A model generated the notes under the pieces. That model worked only from the letters and a program-made list of their open reading frames with translations, ran no database searches and was not told the DNA's origin. A program made the translations under genes and the position numbers. Positions 25,332 to 36,984 of a DNA stretch of 64,000 nucleotides are shown piece by piece. Every line of letters begins with the position of its first letter. Within the stretch, counting starts at the first letter, position 1. Source of the stretch: Batkoa obscura (taxonomy: Eukaryota); NCBI GenBank assembly GCA_030770535.1, contig JASVEC010000003.1:868001-932000 (forward strand), read 5' to 3'.

Positions 25332-27017
25332 TTACCAATCATTCAATTTATCTACTAAATCTAAATTCTTAATAGGTACTAAAGGAGAAGAATTAGATGT
25401 AATAGCTGGCCTTAAATTCATATTAAAACTATATGGTTTCCAAGATCTTGGGGTAGAGTTACCATTAGAACTATAACTATATATTCCATTATTACTCTTA
25501 TTATTTGAATAACTCATACATTTATTGTTATTATAACTATTATTATTATAACTATTATTATAACTATTATTATTATTAATAGTATCATTTGATGTAAAAC
25601 TACTTTCATTTTTATAAGTCGATGTAGATGAATAATTTGGTGTTGATGGTATAGATTTATCTTTACATCTATCTGAACAATAAGCTACTCTAGTAGGTAA
25701 ATTAGGATGACCTTGACATGGACGATATTCTACCCCTTCAACAAATTCAGATACATAAGGAGAATTACAATATCCACAAGGACGTGCACCATTACCTAAT
25801 ATTTTTAATACAGTACGTGGTAAAGAACCTTGTTTCAAATGTAAACCATGAGATAATATAATACGAGCAGTCATTTCTTTTAAAGATGGAATCATAGGAA
25901 TTGGATTCATTTGTTGAGGTGTTGAACATAAAGGTGGAGAAGTTATTGGGGTTGGATTATTAGAAGTTAATTGTAATTGATGTAAACGTTCTACTAATTG
26001 AGAAGGTGAAATAATTGAGTTCTTATAATTTGGGGTAGACAAACCAGAATGAAAACTTGAATGAAATTGAGAATTAATACAAGAAATTGAACTTGTTGAA
26101 AAATCACCAATAGAACTTAATTGTAAATTACCTTGAGTCATTGGATTACCTGTTAATGATAAGGATGTTTTATTCATAAAATTGATTATATCTCCAGGTA
26201 TAACACATAAACAATTATTAGACAAATTTAAACTAGTTAATTGTTCTAAATCTACAATTTCAATAGGTAAATATGATAATTTATTATGCGATAAATCTAA
26301 TAATTTTAATTGTTGACATAATCCAATAGATGTCGGCAAATAAGTTAATTGATTATTAGTTATATTTAAATATTGTAATTTAGATTGTTTATAACCTAAA
26401 TCAAAAGGTAATTCTTTAATATAATTATTGGAAATATCTAATACTTTTAATGACTTTAAATTAGATATGATTTTATTGGGGATAGATTGTAATTGGTTTC
26501 CACCGATACTACTACCTAACATTAAAGTTTCTAATGATTCTAAATAACGAAATTCTTCGGGTAGTGATGGAATACAATTTTCACTTAATCTTAAGCACTT
26601 TAAATTTCTTAAAGAATAACAATAAGATATTGGAAAGGGTTCCTTTAATTGATTACGAGATAAATTTAATGTAATTAAATTACTAAAGTTAATTAATTGT
26701 TGTGGAAACTTAGTTAATTGATTTGATGATAAATTCAATACTCTTAAATTGTTAAGATTATTTAACTGGGAAGGAAACTCGGTTATTGAATTGTAAGATA
26801 AATCTAATTCTAATAAATTATTTAATAAGTTGTTACTGTTTAAGTTGTTTGTTATACAACTGCTTAAAAATATATTAATTGTATAATTTAAATGATTATT
26901 ATCATATCTTCTCTTCCTAAATGACATAGTAACTTCATCATATTGTAATCCATTATTATAATTCATAGTCGTCCTTGTTGATACATTATAATTATAATTG
27001 GGTTGTATTTGAATCAT
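25332..27017 (-). CDS. Leucine-rich repeat protein with Cys-rich C-terminal region (LRRC58-like architecture)
   Basis: About 9 LxxLxLSxNxL repeats followed by PSLKEMTARII, CGYC, YCSDRC; single exon. Confidence 0.8.
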   Translation of the reverse strand: MIQIQPNYNYNVSTRTTMNYNNGLQYDEVTMSFRKRRYDNNHLNYTINIFLSSCITNNLNSNNLLNNLLELDLSYNSITEFPSQLNNLNNLRVLNLSSNQLTKFPQQLINFSNLITLNLSRNQLKEPFPISYCYSLRNLKCLRLSENCIPSLPEEFRYLESLETLMLGSSIGGNQLQSIPNKIISNLKSLKVLDISNNYIKELPFDLGYKQSKLQYLNITNNQLTYLPTSIGLCQQLKLLDLSHNKLSYLPIEIVDLEQLTSLNLSNNCLCVIPGDIINFMNKTSLSLTGNPMTQGNLQLSSIGDFSTSSISCINSQFHSSFHSGLSTPNYKNSIISPSQLVERLHQLQLTSNNPTPITSPPLCSTPQQMNPIPMIPSLKEMTARIILSHGLHLKQGSLPRTVLKILGNGARPCGYCNSPYVSEFVEGVEYRPCQGHPNLPTRVAYCSDRCKDKSIPSTPNYSSTSTYKNESSFTSNDTINNNNSYNNSYNNNSYNNNKCMSYSNNKSNNGIYSYSSNGNSTPRSWKPYSFNMNLRPAITSNSSPLVPIKNLDLVDKLNDW

Positions 27018-28876
27018 ATTAAATTTTTGGATAAAAAATACTAACTTGTTTCTTTTTTATTAAAAGTTATTTATTAAAAATTCTATTCTTTTATACTAAT
27101 CTGATAAACCTCTCTACTCTCTACCAATCAAATGCAATTTTACAAATCAGATAAGGAACAAAAAGAGATATTTGAGATTTATTGGCTATAAGATCCAACT
27201 TCTTAAACTTAATTGGTGGTTCTTTGTGAAAAAAGGCATTAACTATCTTTATAATAGTAAATTGAAAATGATCTTGAGGTAATTTTTTTTAATCTAATTT
27301 TAACCTTAATCCAACATTATTGAACTAACAAAGCTGTTAAATTTCAATCAAATCAGATGGATTGAAATTGAGTCAACAATTATCATTCTATAGTAATTTT
27401 ATTAAAAATAGGGGTAACATAACTAAATTTAGTAAAATTACTTAACAACTTCAATAATAATACTTCTTAAATTTTAAGCTCCGAATTACATTATCAATGA
27501 TTCTTAGTTTCTTTATGCTTTCATAATTTTGTTTTAAAATCAGAATTATTAAGTGTTTGATATTAGATAATGTGAATTATATTGATAATCAAACGAATTT
27601 CAATGATATATAATGCATTAAAGCGTAATATTCGATAGTAGTTAGGTTAATAATTTAGCCTTTTTACACTTTCATTGATTTTCTTTCATTTATAATCTTT
27701 TATAATCTTTTTTCTAATGTTTACAAATCCTTTTATTAAATATTAATTCATTATTTTGAAAATGATCTAAGATTATACTAAGATTATTAGTATTAATTAT
27801 TATATTATAATAGTCTCTCTTTTTTATTTAAGTTTTAAAATTTTTAAGTTTGAATACTGAGTACATTTAAAGATTATCTTTATTTGATAATAATATTCAA
27901 TGATTTAAATTATGTTATAAATTATAAATTATAAATAAACTTCAGTTATTAACTCTTATTGTCATTATTAAAGCGTAATTATCATCAAACTATGATTTAT
28001 ACTCGTTATTTAAACTCTTTACTCTTTTTTATGATTCTTTATAGTTATTTGTATTCTTCTTTCTAATATTTATAAATTGATTTATTAGATATAGTTTTTT
28101 TTGTTTTAATGACAATTAATTTAAAATTAAAATATACCTTTTAGTAAGTTTTTTGCTTGTATATTGCTAAATGCCAGGATTTTTATACATTTTTAAAAAA
28201 AGTATAGGAAATTATCAATAGTAATTTGTTTCAAAATAGTAGTCATTTTTTGATTAAATTAAATTATCTAATTTTAATTTTTAAACTCCAATAATATTAG
28301 TAATGATTTTGCTGTTTATTTCGTAATAAGATTTGATAAGATTTAAAATAGTATTATAAATAAACTCCATTTAAATTTGATGCTATAAAACATCAAAACA
28401 TGATAATAATAACTGGGATCATTATCCATTATTTTATCTTACTATTTTACTTTATTTTTAGAATATTGTAAACTAATGCATTAAATAATAATTTTTATAT
28501 TGAAAATGATCTAAATTATAACAAAGTTGTTAATATTGAATTTTGTTTTAAAATAATTTTAGTTTATATTAAATAAATAATTTTTTTAATTGTATACTTT
28601 ATACCATTTTTATTAAATATTTAAAGTAACTTTATTAAATATTTAGTAAATACATAACATAAATATATAATTATATAACTTTATTTTTTGTCAAAATAAA
28701 ATAAAAATAAAAAATTTTATAATTAAACTTTGAAATAGAATTTTTAAAAATTTTAATATAATAAGGAGAATCACATTATATAAACATTGTAATTCATTTA
28801 TATCAATTTTAATAATAATAATAAAAGAAATATTATTAAAGTTTACTAATAATAATAAAGTTAATTAAACAATATA

Positions 28877-28977
28877 TAGGGATGCTTTTTATGGTTTCAT
28901 CATTTTTTCCATTTTTTAAGCGCTATTTGAGTGGAAAGATTGTTAATAGAATTCTTAAACAAAAAAACACATCCCCA
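28877..28977 (+). mobile_element. MITE family A
   Basis: tagggatg...acatcccca|ta. Confidence 0.8.
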
Positions 28978-29090
28978 TATAATGTAAACTTTTAAGATTT
29001 AAAATAATTTTCTATATCTGCTTATATATTAATTTTTATAAACTTTTTAAATAAAAGTTTTTTATATATTAAATCAATTAGACAGTCTCC

Positions 29091-29584
29091 TATGAAAGTT
29101 GGTACTCAGTGGTTAGAGTTAAAAGCAGTTTTTAGTTGATTAACTAGCCTTAAGTCGAACGGTTTTAGTTTATGTAACCAAAATAGACTTAAATTAACAG
29201 GAATAGTACGTAATAAGTTACGAACTATGTAAAATAAATAGAATAGATAATACTACTGTAAAATCTACGTAAGATATTACCAGAAAGATTTAGTGGCTTT
29301 ATTAATGGTAAAATATCAGGGAGTAATTCAATTAAAAAGTCTCGGGTTACCATGTTGAAGAATCTCTTTTATACTCCAATAAGTATGGATATCAAAACGA
29401 TAGGATATTATTATTTGCAATATGAAGTTAGAAATTCTCACAGAAAATCAAAATAAGGAACTCTGGATTGATTATACCACATGGATCACGGTCAAATTGA
29501 TTACAAGACTACAACTAGCTTTGTAAACAAGTTAAATGATTATTGTTATAATTGATCCGAGAGCTGATAAAGCAATATTTCACA
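29091..29584 (+). mobile_element. Solo LTR of an LTR retrotransposon (copy 1)
   Basis: tatgaaag...tttcaca ends (TG decayed to TA), 4-bp TSD CTCC on both sides; closely similar to 30238-30702. Confidence 0.8.
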
Positions 29585-29732
29585 CTCCTGTATATGCTAA
29601 ATCATAGTTTAATATTTCAGATAAATAATCAAAATAAATTTTGCTTATCATTTTGTTATTTTTCAAATATAAAATACTAAAACCTAATACTAATATAGCT
29701 TGTTTATTATAATAGTCTAAATTTATTAAATA

Positions 29733-29831
29733 TGGGGGTGTTTTTTTTGATTTCATTATTTTTTCCATTTTTTAAGCACTATTTGAGCGGAAAGATTGTT
29801 AGTAAAATTCTTAAACAAAAATACACCCCCA
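29733..29831 (+). mobile_element. MITE family A
   Basis: ta|tgggggtgt...acaccccca|ta. Confidence 0.8.
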
Positions 29832-30225
29832 TATAGTCTTGTTTTTATTTTTGTATTTTATTTAAAGTTTAGAGTTATTACATAACTTTTATTATTAAAA
29901 AATTCTTTTATTTTTGCTTTATTCTTTATTGCTGTATTTATTTTATTTTCAAATAACTTTTTTTTAACTATATATTAGGCATATATATTATATAAGTCCG
30001 TTTTTTTTTACTCAATTTTTAAAATTATTTAGTATATATTTAAAATGTATTGAATTAGCTACTGTTTTATCTTTTAAATCATTAAAATGTTTATTATTAT
30101 TATTTTTTTACTAAATCTTGGTAAAATAGTTAAATTATTAAGTAAATATTATATAATAACTTTAATTTACTTATTATTAAATTTTTTAATATTTTATCAT
30201 TAACAATTATTTTCAAATAGTTATA

Positions 30226-30795
30226 TGGGGATGTATTTGTGAAAGTTGGTACTCAGTGGTAGGAGTTAAAAACAGTTCTTGCTTGATTGACTTGCCTTGA
30301 GTCGAACGGTCTTAGTTTATGTAACTAAGATAGACTTAAATGAATAGGAATAATACGTAATAAGTTACGAACTATGTAAAATAAATAGAATAGATAATAC
30401 TACTGTAAAATCTACGTAAGATGTTGTCAGAAAGACTTAGTGGCTTTATTAATAGTACGATATCAGGGAGTAATTCAATTAAAAAGCCTCGAGTTATCAT
30501 ATTGAAGAATCTCTTTTATACTCCAATAAATATGGATATTAATACGAGAGGATGTTATTCCTTGCAATATGAAGTTAGAAATTCTCGCAGCAAATCAAAA
30601 TAAGGGACTCTGATTTGATTGTATTTGAACTTGAGAACACAGCAACTTAAGTGATTGTTGCGTTATAATCAATCCGAGAGCTAAATAAAGCAATATTTCA
30701 CATATTTTTGTGTTTAAGAGTTTTACTAACAATCTTTCCACTCAAATAGCGCTTAAAAGAAGGAAAAAGTGATGAGGCCAAAAAAAATACCCCTA
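30226..30795 (-). mobile_element. MITE family A interrupted by a solo LTR
   Basis: tggggatgtatt, then LTR, then tatttttgtgtttaagag...taccccta. Confidence 0.8.
30238..30702 (+). mobile_element. Solo LTR (copy 2) inserted into a MITE
   Basis: TGTGAAA...TTTCACA termini, 4-bp TSD TATT, AATAAA near 3' end; splits the MITE at 30226-30795. Confidence 0.85.
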
Positions 30796-31187
30796 TATTG
30801 ATTTCTATTTATATTAAACTTAAAATTTTTATATTTATCAAAAAAATATACTGAAACTATAGTTAATAATAATGCTATTTATTGGTTTTTGTTTTCTATT
30901 TCTTTTGAAGCACTAATTTTATATATTGTTTAATTAAGTTTATTATCATTAATAATAAACTTCAATATTTTTTATTTTTTATTCTTTATTTTTTATTTTT
31001 ATTATAAAACATCATAAACTTTAGGTCACTATGAATAGTTGTTAAAACTAATGTAAATGAATTATGATGTTTATATTGTGTACTTTTCCTTATTGTATTA
31101 AAATTTTTAAAAATTTCATTTTGAAGTTTAGTTATAAAAGTTTGCATTTGTTTTTATTTTAATAAAAAATAAAGTCAAATAACTATA

Positions 31188-31288
31188 TGGAGGTGTTTTT
31201 TTTGGTTTCATCACTTTTTCCTTCTTTTAAGCGCTATTTGAGTGGAAAGATTGTTAGTAAAACTCTTAAACACAAAAATACATCCCCA
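31188..31288 (+). mobile_element. MITE family A
   Basis: Nearly identical inverted partner of 30226-30795. Confidence 0.8.
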
Positions 31289-31555
31289 TATATTTACATA
31301 TTATATATCTATTAGAGACTTAAAAATTTAAAATTTAAAGTTTGGGTTAACTTTTGAGTAAATTCTGAAACCAATTCGGATGTCCCCATATATTTAGTTA
31401 AAAGGTTCATTTAAGTTTTTTGTAGTAGATTTAAAATCTTGGAAGATTGGCGCCAATTATCTTATTTATGCGATAGTTTATTTTTATAACATCAAATGAA
31501 ATATACATTATAAGGACATTTTTTTATTTACATGTATTAGGGATCATAATTTAAA

Positions 31556-31999
31556 TTAAAGAGAAGGGGGATGCTAAATTGAGTTTGATACGAGTGGAAT
31601 AATGAAAAATATAAGATTAGCTAAGAAATCAATCATAAAAGCGACAGCATGGATTGGTGCTTTATCAAATATATAAGCTGGAGCAAAAACCGATCTAGCG
31701 AAAAGATAAACCAAAAAGATCACAGCTTCAACAGCTCTATTACTATTGTCCTTATCAATTTTATTTGTCAGTATAGAAAAACCGAACCATACGGAATCTT
31801 CATTCAGTCTTTTATAAGCATAAAGAAAGCGTTGTGCAAATCCTGATGAATTTTTATACTGTTCATGAGGATTATTAATATTAAAGTCACCATTTTCTCG
31901 CCTTTGGGTTATCCTTACTGGAATCATACATAAGAGCCAGCTAAGGAAGAGGATAAAGCAGACAACCAATTGGGTTTTACTATCTGGCTAACGATACGT
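31556..31999 (-). pseudogene. Pseudogenised MAPEG paralog
   Basis: Colinear with 9396-9833 including flanks; ATG changed to ACG (31997-31999), TAG at codon 4, early TAG near the end, AHNN changed to AYKR. Confidence 0.85.
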
Positions 32000-32890
32000 T
32001 TTTAATTATAATATATAATTTCGTTTTTTTTCTTTAAATACTTCCTAATGTTTATTCTGAATGAAAATAAATGTAGTAGCTAATACAGACTAAGCTAACT
32101 ATTGGTGATGGGGCTGTTAAAAATAATAGCAGCTTTTTTGATTACACGACCCCCTTAAGCTACTACTTAAATCAAATTGAAGCGGTCTATTCAAGATTTT
32201 ACATATCTTTCACTTTTAATATTTGGAGATGTTTTTCGTTTGCTTCAGTATTTGGTAATAATTTCATTCTATGTTGCATAAAAATGCATAGATAAAGCTA
32301 AAAAACTCTCATTTCTTTGATTATTTTGACTAAACGCACCGTTCCAAGATATAACCAGAGACTTTAGACCATTTATTCAGAATAAAAATTAGGCTAAAAA
32401 TTAAACTTGAATAGATTGACATATTTTTTAAAAATTCTACTATAATTTTTTACTCAACAGTGCTCAAAAAAACGAATAAATAAATAAATCCAAAAAAGCA
32501 TATCCGGATGTTTAATTTCTGGGAATAAATACAATCAGGTTGCTGGCTAGTCGAGCCCATTAGAATGCATACCCTATTATTTATAAAATATGTTGACAGA
32601 CATTTATTTACATACATTATTTTTTGTTGTTTATATAATAACTATACCAATAAACTTAAAATTATTAAAAGTACACCAACATTGTTTAAACAAAAATAAA
32701 GGTAAAAGTAGGAAAAAGTTAAATAATTGAAAAAAGGTAACACAATTTCTGTAATTAATAATAAGAATAAAATAGTAATTAAGTCAAGCCTGAATAGATT
32801 TTAATTGATTGTAATAAATCTAAAATTAAGTTGCTGTCTACATAAACATACATTGTTTTATAGGATTGTTTTACCAAAATCAACACAAAC

Positions 32891-35800
32891 TTAATCTTCC
32901 ATCATTTTTTCATGTTCCTCAGTCAATTGATTATCACTGTATTCAACATTCGTTTCAATTTTTTCATCAGTTTTAATATCTTCTACTTCATCCGGACTGG
33001 AGATTGATTTATGAGATTGAATTTTATTTGTAACTCTTTTAGATCCTCTTGCCCCGGTATTTTCGACTTCATTATGATAAGACAGCAGTTCACTTGCTTC
33101 ATCAATTTTTACTTCATCTGGACTCAATTTTGGTTCATAATATAGGATTTTGTTTTTCGCTCTTTTTGATCTCCTTGGCCTAATATTTCCAAAATCATTA
33201 TGATGAGGCGATATTTCATCTACCTCATTAATTTTAGATTTGTCATCTTTTACATTATCTGAACTAGGAGCTAGTTCGTGAGGTTGAATATCATTTAGTC
33301 TCTTTGATCTTCTTACCCCGGTATCCTTAAGTTCATTATGGGAAGCCAATCTTTTACCTTGTTTACTAGCTTTAGACTTTTCACGTAAGTTGTTAATGAT
33401 CCTTCCTTTTAAAACTGAAGTTCCGGTAACTTCCTTTTGGATGGTGCCCCAAACATTGGCCAACAATCTCGATGAATTTACTACGTCAATGCACCTCGAA
33501 TGATTGTATGGAAGTGCTCTAAATTCATTAGTTAGTCGGGTACAAATCAAAGCGCTTTCTGGTGCCACAAAGTCCATTGCAGTTTTGATGCAATGATGAA
33601 GATTCTGGACTTGGTGGGCACAGCCAGCTGGTATAAGTACTGCATCACCAGGTTTTTGATAAATCTGGTGACTTATTACACTATAGTCATTTGCGAGATC
33701 TTCTAGGTCTTTCTCAGTCAAATAAACGGCTTGGTCATGAATTGGATGACAGTTCACACAGTCTCTCTTATATTTTAATATAAATTTTTTAAGCGTCTCT
33801 ATGTCTTCCCTTTTAAAGATGTGCCATAAAGCGCCTGGTTCATTTGAACCACCTGAGGAGTAATTCATTATATTAACGGCGTCTGCGGCATCCAAATGAA
33901 GTGGCGTGGTGCCGAATTTCTTACCATTTTCGTAATAATAGGAATTGTACATCTTCGGTCCAAGATCTGGGACAACGTGGGTATCTGGTAGATATGAAAC
34001 TAAGTTGAACTTACCATCATATCTCATATATTCCGGAAATGGCACAAGATTCATAAAATCGTTATAGAGACATTCAAAATATTCCTTAAAACTTCTATCA
34101 GATGGCCAATCCTTGATCTTGGCTGGTATTTGCTTTTCATCAAATTGGACTCCCTTGTGTTCATCATTAAAGTTAGTAAAGAAATCTTTTACTTTTAGTC
34201 TATCATATTTTTTACTACTTAAATAGATAATGTCAGTTTCAGCTTCCGCATAATGCTCGATAAAGAATGCAGGGTCAACAGAATATTTTGATAAACTCAT
34301 ATCAAGCTCAATTACCATTGGAGTGCCGTTTTTCCACGCTACTTGGAAATCAGGTAGATTAATAGCATCTTTCTTTCCAAACGGGTAAGGAAGGGAGATA
34401 TGATCGAGATTAGGCAACAATTCACCCCTGATACTTTCAACTTCACCTACCATATCGAGAGAGTTGAATTTAAGCACAGAATCATAAAACTTTTCAAACT
34501 CCTTTAATGTATAACAAGAAAATGGTAAAAACATTCTACGGGTATGAAAGCTAGCATCAGAACCACGAGGACTAATACAGTCAAAAGGGTTTGCTCTAAA
34601 ATCAAATTCATAATAAAAGTTCTTATAGCATAAGGCACATAGCTCAGTCCCACATTTACGACACATATAGAAAAAGCAGAAAATGGAAGTTCTACATTTA
34701 TCACAAATCTGTGCTATAGGCCGAACCATTGCACGATAATGTATGTCATTTCCAAATTTTTTGTAAATTTCAATTTCATTTTTCAATGATTCCTTTAACG
34801 CTGGGTTGATATATTCTTTTATATATTTATAATCTTCATCCATAGCTTCATTGTTATATAGAATCAACGGCGCTATTGGTAAGTTTGGAGGTGTGAATGA
34901 ATCTACAATTTTTGATCTTTTTCCTCCGGTTCCTTTTATAAAATCACACATTTCGTCTTTAAATTCATCATACTCAATTGCTTTAATAAAAGAACAGCCA
35001 TCGACCAATTCATTTCTTTCGTCTTTGGCAAACAATCGCGTAGCTCGAAATCTACAAGCATCATTTTTTTTTATGACACATGATTTACAACGATTGAATA
35101 TATTAATATCTCTTGCGTTACATGCTTGATTTTGGACAATATAAAAATCAAGTTTCAAATCCTCACAAGCTTTCAATGATTTATCAACATGTGCTTCTAG
35201 TTCTTCTAGATTGTTTGGATAACCTGGCCTTGCTTTTAAATATCTATTAATTTTATGTTTGACTCTTAAACTTAAATCGCGATAATCTATATCAAGGGAA
35301 TCTTCAAGATCGGCCGCATCTAATATTATATCTTCCTGTGACCTATTTCTTTTAGCTGGGTTTGTTTTGGTTCTTTTTCTTATGATAGTCTTCTTTCGAA
35401 AGGTAGAATCAGAGTCATAATCAGGATTGTTACTTTCAATCGAGTCAGCAGGAATAATAAAAGTTGAAGGTATAATATCTTTACTAAAGTATTGGCTACC
35501 AAAAAACATCAAAAGGGAATCTGGGTTGAATTCAAACTCATTTTTTTCTGACCATTTGCTAAAGTCTTCAATAAATTTAAACCATTTTGATAGCAATACT
35601 TTAGAAAAAGGGCAATTGCGGTTAATTTTAAAAAAATCTAATGATTTTGGGGATTGGAGTTTGAATTCTTCATAGGTGGAGCGTAAAGTGGAAGTGAATT
35701 GTTCTTCTTCTGGTGATGATATGTAATTAAATTTAAAATCACAAAGGGTTTTTTTGTCCTTTGGCTCCAATCCTCTAACAAGGATACCTGAAATTAAAAG

Positions 35801-36109
35801 TATTAACAAAGGTGATTCATCTCTGTTAAATAATGTATTGAATTCTTTTATTTTGTATAACCATCCTAATAATATTTCTCTTTTACGCCTAGTTTTTATT
35901 ACCGTTGAATCTTGGATCACATTTTTAACTTGGCTCTCATCCTTTTTGAATATTTCATAGATGGCTTCCACTTCCTCTTTAATCATATTAACATCTTGAT
36001 CAAATAAAATGTTGACATCAACCTTTTCAAAGGTAAAAGGAAACCTATCTATTTCAACTTTAATGTTTTTTATTAACTCTTCAGTTTTATCGACAATTTC
36101 TTTATCCAT
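32891..36109 (-). CDS. JmjC histone demethylase, KDM3/JMJD1-like, intronless
   Basis: CDKC..CRKC..LCALC zinc finger; KIKDWP, PDLGPKMYNSY, TTPLHLDAADAVN, PIHDQ, GDAVLIPAGCAHQVQN. Confidence 0.9.
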   Translation of the reverse strand: MDKEIVDKTEELIKNIKVEIDRFPFTFEKVDVNILFDQDVNMIKEEVEAIYEIFKKDESQVKNVIQDSTVIKTRRKREILLGWLYKIKEFNTLFNRDESPLLILLISGILVRGLEPKDKKTLCDFKFNYISSPEEEQFTSTLRSTYEEFKLQSPKSLDFFKINRNCPFSKVLLSKWFKFIEDFSKWSEKNEFEFNPDSLLMFFGSQYFSKDIIPSTFIIPADSIESNNPDYDSDSTFRKKTIIRKRTKTNPAKRNRSQEDIILDAADLEDSLDIDYRDLSLRVKHKINRYLKARPGYPNNLEELEAHVDKSLKACEDLKLDFYIVQNQACNARDINIFNRCKSCVIKKNDACRFRATRLFAKDERNELVDGCSFIKAIEYDEFKDEMCDFIKGTGGKRSKIVDSFTPPNLPIAPLILYNNEAMDEDYKYIKEYINPALKESLKNEIEIYKKFGNDIHYRAMVRPIAQICDKCRTSIFCFFYMCRKCGTELCALCYKNFYYEFDFRANPFDCISPRGSDASFHTRRMFLPFSCYTLKEFEKFYDSVLKFNSLDMVGEVESIRGELLPNLDHISLPYPFGKKDAINLPDFQVAWKNGTPMVIELDMSLSKYSVDPAFFIEHYAEAETDIIYLSSKKYDRLKVKDFFTNFNDEHKGVQFDEKQIPAKIKDWPSDRSFKEYFECLYNDFMNLVPFPEYMRYDGKFNLVSYLPDTHVVPDLGPKMYNSYYYENGKKFGTTPLHLDAADAVNIMNYSSGGSNEPGALWHIFKREDIETLKKFILKYKRDCVNCHPIHDQAVYLTEKDLEDLANDYSVISHQIYQKPGDAVLIPAGCAHQVQNLHHCIKTAMDFVAPESALICTRLTNEFRALPYNHSRCIDVVNSSRLLANVWGTIQKEVTGTSVLKGRIINNLREKSKASKQGKRLASHNELKDTGVRRSKRLNDIQPHELAPSSDNVKDDKSKINEVDEISPHHNDFGNIRPRRSKRAKNKILYYEPKLSPDEVKIDEASELLSYHNEVENTGARGSKRVTNKIQSHKSISSPDEVEDIKTDEKIETNVEYSDNQLTEEHEKMMED

Positions 36110-36285
36110 TTACCTTTAATTGCAAGTTACAATTGATTTAAAGCTCTGCTTTATATATTCAAAGCTTCATAGTTGTCTATTATTCTTATTGGTTAGATTT
36201 GTTGCAGTTTTTTATTCAGGGAGTTGTTCGGTTAAGGCTTAGATAATGAGTCGATTTTGACATCAGATTAGAAAGTGGGCTCATA

Positions 36286-36451
36286 CAGCTGTTGTAACTC
36301 TTTTTCTGAGCTGTTAACTGCTTATCTTAGAAGAAAATTTATGTTAAAATTTGATAAAAAAATACACACCAGGCTTTTAAAAAAATGGTAATATAAATAT
36401 TTGCTTATAAAAATCACCGCTAAGAACGTCGCAAAAGAGCTGCAACAGTTG
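36286..36451 (-). mobile_element. MITE family C
   Basis: ta|cagctgttgtaactctttt ... aaaagagctgcaacagttg|ta. Confidence 0.7.
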
Positions 36452-36984
36452 TAAAGTGTAAATTTTTATTTAAAATAAAAACAGCAATTTTAAAATGTTT
36501 ATTTATTAAAACATTTATAATCTTTTTAATCTATTTAATTAACTATTTCGATAATATAATCGAGGTTTTATTAAAAAACTACATAGAAGTAAAAAAGTAT
36601 ATATCTAATATATTGTATTTTTTAAATATCTAATACGATAAAGCAAAAAAATAGTGCAAATTAAATCAAAGCCTATAAAAATTAATAAATTTAATTATAT
36701 CTTCCCTCCTTAACTCCATCGCTCATTAACTATATACCTCCCACCTGCTACCTTATTTCCTACTAGGAATAAAAAACCTGAAAAGCCTTTAGCGACCCTT
36801 TTAAAATAAAATAAAATTGATATAAATAACAAAACCCAAGTAAGTTTACAAAAATAAATTGTTCAATTTAAAATAAATAAAAGTTTAATAAATAAAGAAT
36901 CCTTTAATAAAACAGTAATCTTAAACGGATTATAGACTATATAAATAATAATGAAATGAAGTTATCTTTAATAAAGTAATTGTT

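Noticed and set aside
27600..28550. Degenerate internal repeats (attaaagcgtaat, ttgaaaatgatctaa)
   Set aside because: Short, diverged, AT-rich matches with no definable unit or termini
30421..30603. 60-aa ORF
   Set aside because: Lies within the solo LTR and shows no gag/pol motifs
29091..30702. One TRIM-like element with two LTRs
   Set aside because: Each LTR has its own different 4-bp TSD, and the second sits inside a MITE
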